From the IMG/VR virus record IMGVR_UViG_2671180429_000002: a stretch of 7,761 nt of DNA, one strand, 5' to 3'. Source of the stretch: a virus. Its lineage: Duplodnaviria; Heunggongvirae; Uroviricota; Caudoviricetes. Below are positions 6,675 to 7,761 of the stretch, piece by piece. How positions within the stretch are numbered: the first letter of the stretch is position 1; every line of letters begins with the position of its first letter. The notes beneath the pieces are model-generated. The model was not told the DNA's origin and made no database searches. It saw only the letters and a list, made by a program, of their open reading frames with translations. The position numbers were made by a program, and so were the translations under genes.

Positions 6675-6788
6675 TAGTGAACTATTATATCTATTTGTAT
6701 TAAAAGAGTTTTTATAAAATAAATCTTCCAAAGCATGTAAAAACACTGTTAATCTTAACGTGTGTGAAACGTGAAGAGAGGTGTTGAA

Positions 6789-7070
6789 ATGAGCATTCAT
6801 GATTTGTGTGAAGATCAAGAGCAATGGGCTATGCAGACCCTTATGGGATCAGGAGTTCTTGCAAGGTGCAGAATCCATAACGATGTAATTTTAGACAGCG
6901 GAAATGATGCTTCTTCTGCTTATAAATTAGGAACTTACCTATATCAAAAAGATAATAGCTGCAACTTATTCAATACTCTTACTGAAGCCCGCGACGCAAT
7001 AAAGGATGCATATGAATCGTATTGTGGGATCGATGATTGCCCACAATGCTCAAAATACATTGACGATTAA
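6789..7070 (+). CDS. ea8.5: Ea8.5-like protein, 93 aa, Cys-containing
   Basis: ATG 6789 preceded by AGAGAGGTG. 282 nt, the same size as lambda ea8.5 and at the same position relative to xis (296-nt gap). Contains CGIDDCPQC. AT-rich. Confidence 0.7.
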   Translation: MSIHDLCEDQEQWAMQTLMGSGVLARCRIHNDVILDSGNDASSAYKLGTYLYQKDNSCNLFNTLTEARDAIKDAYESYCGIDDCPQCSKYIDD

Positions 7071-7090
7071 TAATATGAACAAGTAACTAT

Positions 7091-7116
7091 CCTCGCACTC
7101 GCGGGGATTTCTTTTA
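7091..7116 (+). terminator. putative intrinsic terminator (first of a tandem pair after ea8.5)
   Basis: CCTCGC / GCGGGG stem (with one G-U pair), loop ACTC, followed by ATTTCTTTTA. Confidence 0.35.
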
Positions 7117-7120
7117 TCTG

Positions 7121-7146
7121 AACTCGCTACGGCGAGTTTTGTTTTA
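7121..7146 (+). terminator. putative intrinsic terminator (second of the tandem pair)
   Basis: Stem AACTCGC (7121..7127), loop TACG, stem GCGAGTT (7132..7138), followed by TTGTTTTA. Confidence 0.45.
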
Positions 7147-7158
7147 TGGAGATGATAA

Positions 7159-7326
7159 ATGCACTTCCGAGTTACAGGTGAATGGAATGGAGAACCATTC
7201 AACAGAGTTATCGAAGCCGAGAACATCAGCGACTGCTATGACCACTTGATGCTGTGGGCGCAGATAGCACATGCAGACGTAACCAATATTCGAATTGAAG
7301 AACTGAAAGAACACCAAGCCGCCTGA
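7159..7326 (+). CDS. hypothetical small protein, 55 aa, between ea8.5 and xis
   Basis: ATG 7159 with GGAG (7148..7151). Translation MHFRVTGEWNGEPFNRVIEAENISDCYDHLMLWAQIAHADVTNIRIEELKEHQAA. Its stop lies in the loop of a terminator hairpin. Confidence 0.45.
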   Translation: MHFRVTGEWNGEPFNRVIEAENISDCYDHLMLWAQIAHADVTNIRIEELKEHQAA

Positions 7327-7339
7327 TGGCGGTTTTTTC
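7318..7339 (+). terminator. putative intrinsic terminator upstream of xis
   Basis: Stem CCGCC (7319..7323), loop TGAT, stem GGCGG (7328..7332), followed by TTTTTT (7333..7338). Confidence 0.5.
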
Positions 7340-7365
7340 TTGCGTGTAATTGCGGAGACTTTGCG

Positions 7366-7584
7366 ATGTACTTGACACTTCAGGAGTGGAACGCTCGCCA
7401 GCGACGCCCAAGAAGCCTTGAAACAGTTCGTCGATGGGTGCGCGAATGCAGGATATTCCCTCCTCCGGTTAAGGATGGCAGAGAGTATCTGTTCCACGAA
7501 TCAGCGGTAAAGGTTGACTTAAATCGACCAGTAACAGGTAGCCTTTTGAAGAGGATCAGAAATGGGAAGAAGGCGAAGTCATGA
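7366..7584 (+). CDS. xis: Xis excisionase, 72 aa
   Basis: Translation MYLTLQEWNARQRRPRSLETVRRWVRECRIFPPPVKDGREYLFHESAVKVDLNRPVTGSLLKRIRNGKKAKS is near-identical to recalled lambda Xis. 23-nt overlap with the int start, as in lambda. Confidence 0.9.
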   Translation: MYLTLQEWNARQRRPRSLETVRRWVRECRIFPPPVKDGREYLFHESAVKVDLNRPVTGSLLKRIRNGKKAKS

Positions 7585-7603
7585 GCGCCGGGATTTACCC
7601 CCT
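7562..7603 (+). pseudogene. int: int (lambda integrase) 5' fragment: first 14 codons only (MGRRRSHERRDLPP), interrupted by IS insertion
   Basis: ATG 7562 encodes MGRRRSHERRDLPP, matching the recalled lambda Int N-terminus. At 7603/7604 the sequence switches to an IS3-family terminal repeat (TGAACCGCCCCGGG...) and the reading frame stops at 7638..7640. Confidence 0.8.
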
Positions 7604-7761
7604 GAACCGCCCCGGGTTTCCTGGAGAGTGTTTTATCTGTGAACTCAGGCTGCCAGATCATTATTTCCGATGGAAGCATAATAAGCTTTTTCTGCTTCTG
7701 CCGGAGGAATATGGCCCAGCCTTTCCAGCAATCGTCGATTGTTATACCAGTCCACCCACGT
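7603..7761 (-). mobile_element. IS3-family insertion sequence (IS629-like), right end: terminal inverted repeat and 3' end of the transposase gene; element continues beyond the window end
   Basis: TGAACCGCCCCGGGTTTCCTGGAGAG at 7603..7628 is an imperfect inverted copy of the terminus at 51..75. The minus strand of 7645..7761 encodes an IS3-type transposase C-terminus. Confidence 0.8.
7645..7761 (-). CDS. IS3-family transposase OrfB, C-terminal 38 codons (partial; 5' part lies outside the window)
   Basis: Minus-strand translation from the window edge gives TWVDWYNNRRLLERLGHIPPAEAEKAYYASIGNNDLAA, ending at the stop whose complement is 7645..7647. This resembles IS3-family OrfB C-termini as I recall them. 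Confidence 0.75.
   Translation of the reverse strand, partial: TWVDWYNNRRLLERLGHIPPAEAEKAYYASIGNNDLAA

Noticed and set aside
6690-6720. Promoter-like hexamers (TTGTAT, TATAAA) upstream of ea8.5
   Set aside because: Spacing between the best -35-like and -10-like elements is about 12 nt, not 16..18, and such hexamers are frequent by chance in AT-rich DNA.
7144-7679. Minus-strand ORFs 7144..7497 (117 aa) and 7380..7679 (99 aa)
   Set aside because: They run antisense across the terminators, xis and the int/IS junction; xis and int are securely identified on the + strand and the IS transposase is in a different minus-strand frame.
1-7761. CRISPR arrays, tRNA or rRNA genes
   Set aside because: I found no regularly spaced direct repeats and no tRNA-like or rRNA-like sequence on reading the window; this was an inspection by eye, not an exhaustive computation.

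Overview
This window reads as the early-left (pL-operon) recombination and accessory region of a lambda-like prophage, with all phage genes on the + strand, bracketed by two IS3-family (IS629-like) element ends in the same (minus) orientation. Gene order: IS end (1..75), a gene fragment, an AT-rich 156-aa orphan ORF where lambda carries ral, then ea10, cIII, kil, gam, bet, exo, orf60a-like, orf63-like, two small coupled ORFs, a TraR/DksA-type zinc-finger protein, an Ea22-like protein, a TGT-superfamily (DpdA-like) protein, a MazG-like pyrophosphohydrolase fused to a DUF551-type C-terminus, ea8.5-like, a 55-aa ORF, xis, and the first 14 codons of int, which are cut off by the second IS end (7603 onward). 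The most interesting content is the DpdA-like plus MazG-like gene pair between Ea22 and ea8.5, a candidate guanine-directed DNA-modification module, and the orphan 156-aa ORF. All family assignments rest on my reading of the translated ORFs and recalled knowledge of phage lambda and IS3-family elements; no database search was run, and every assignment should be confirmed by BLAST/HMM searches.
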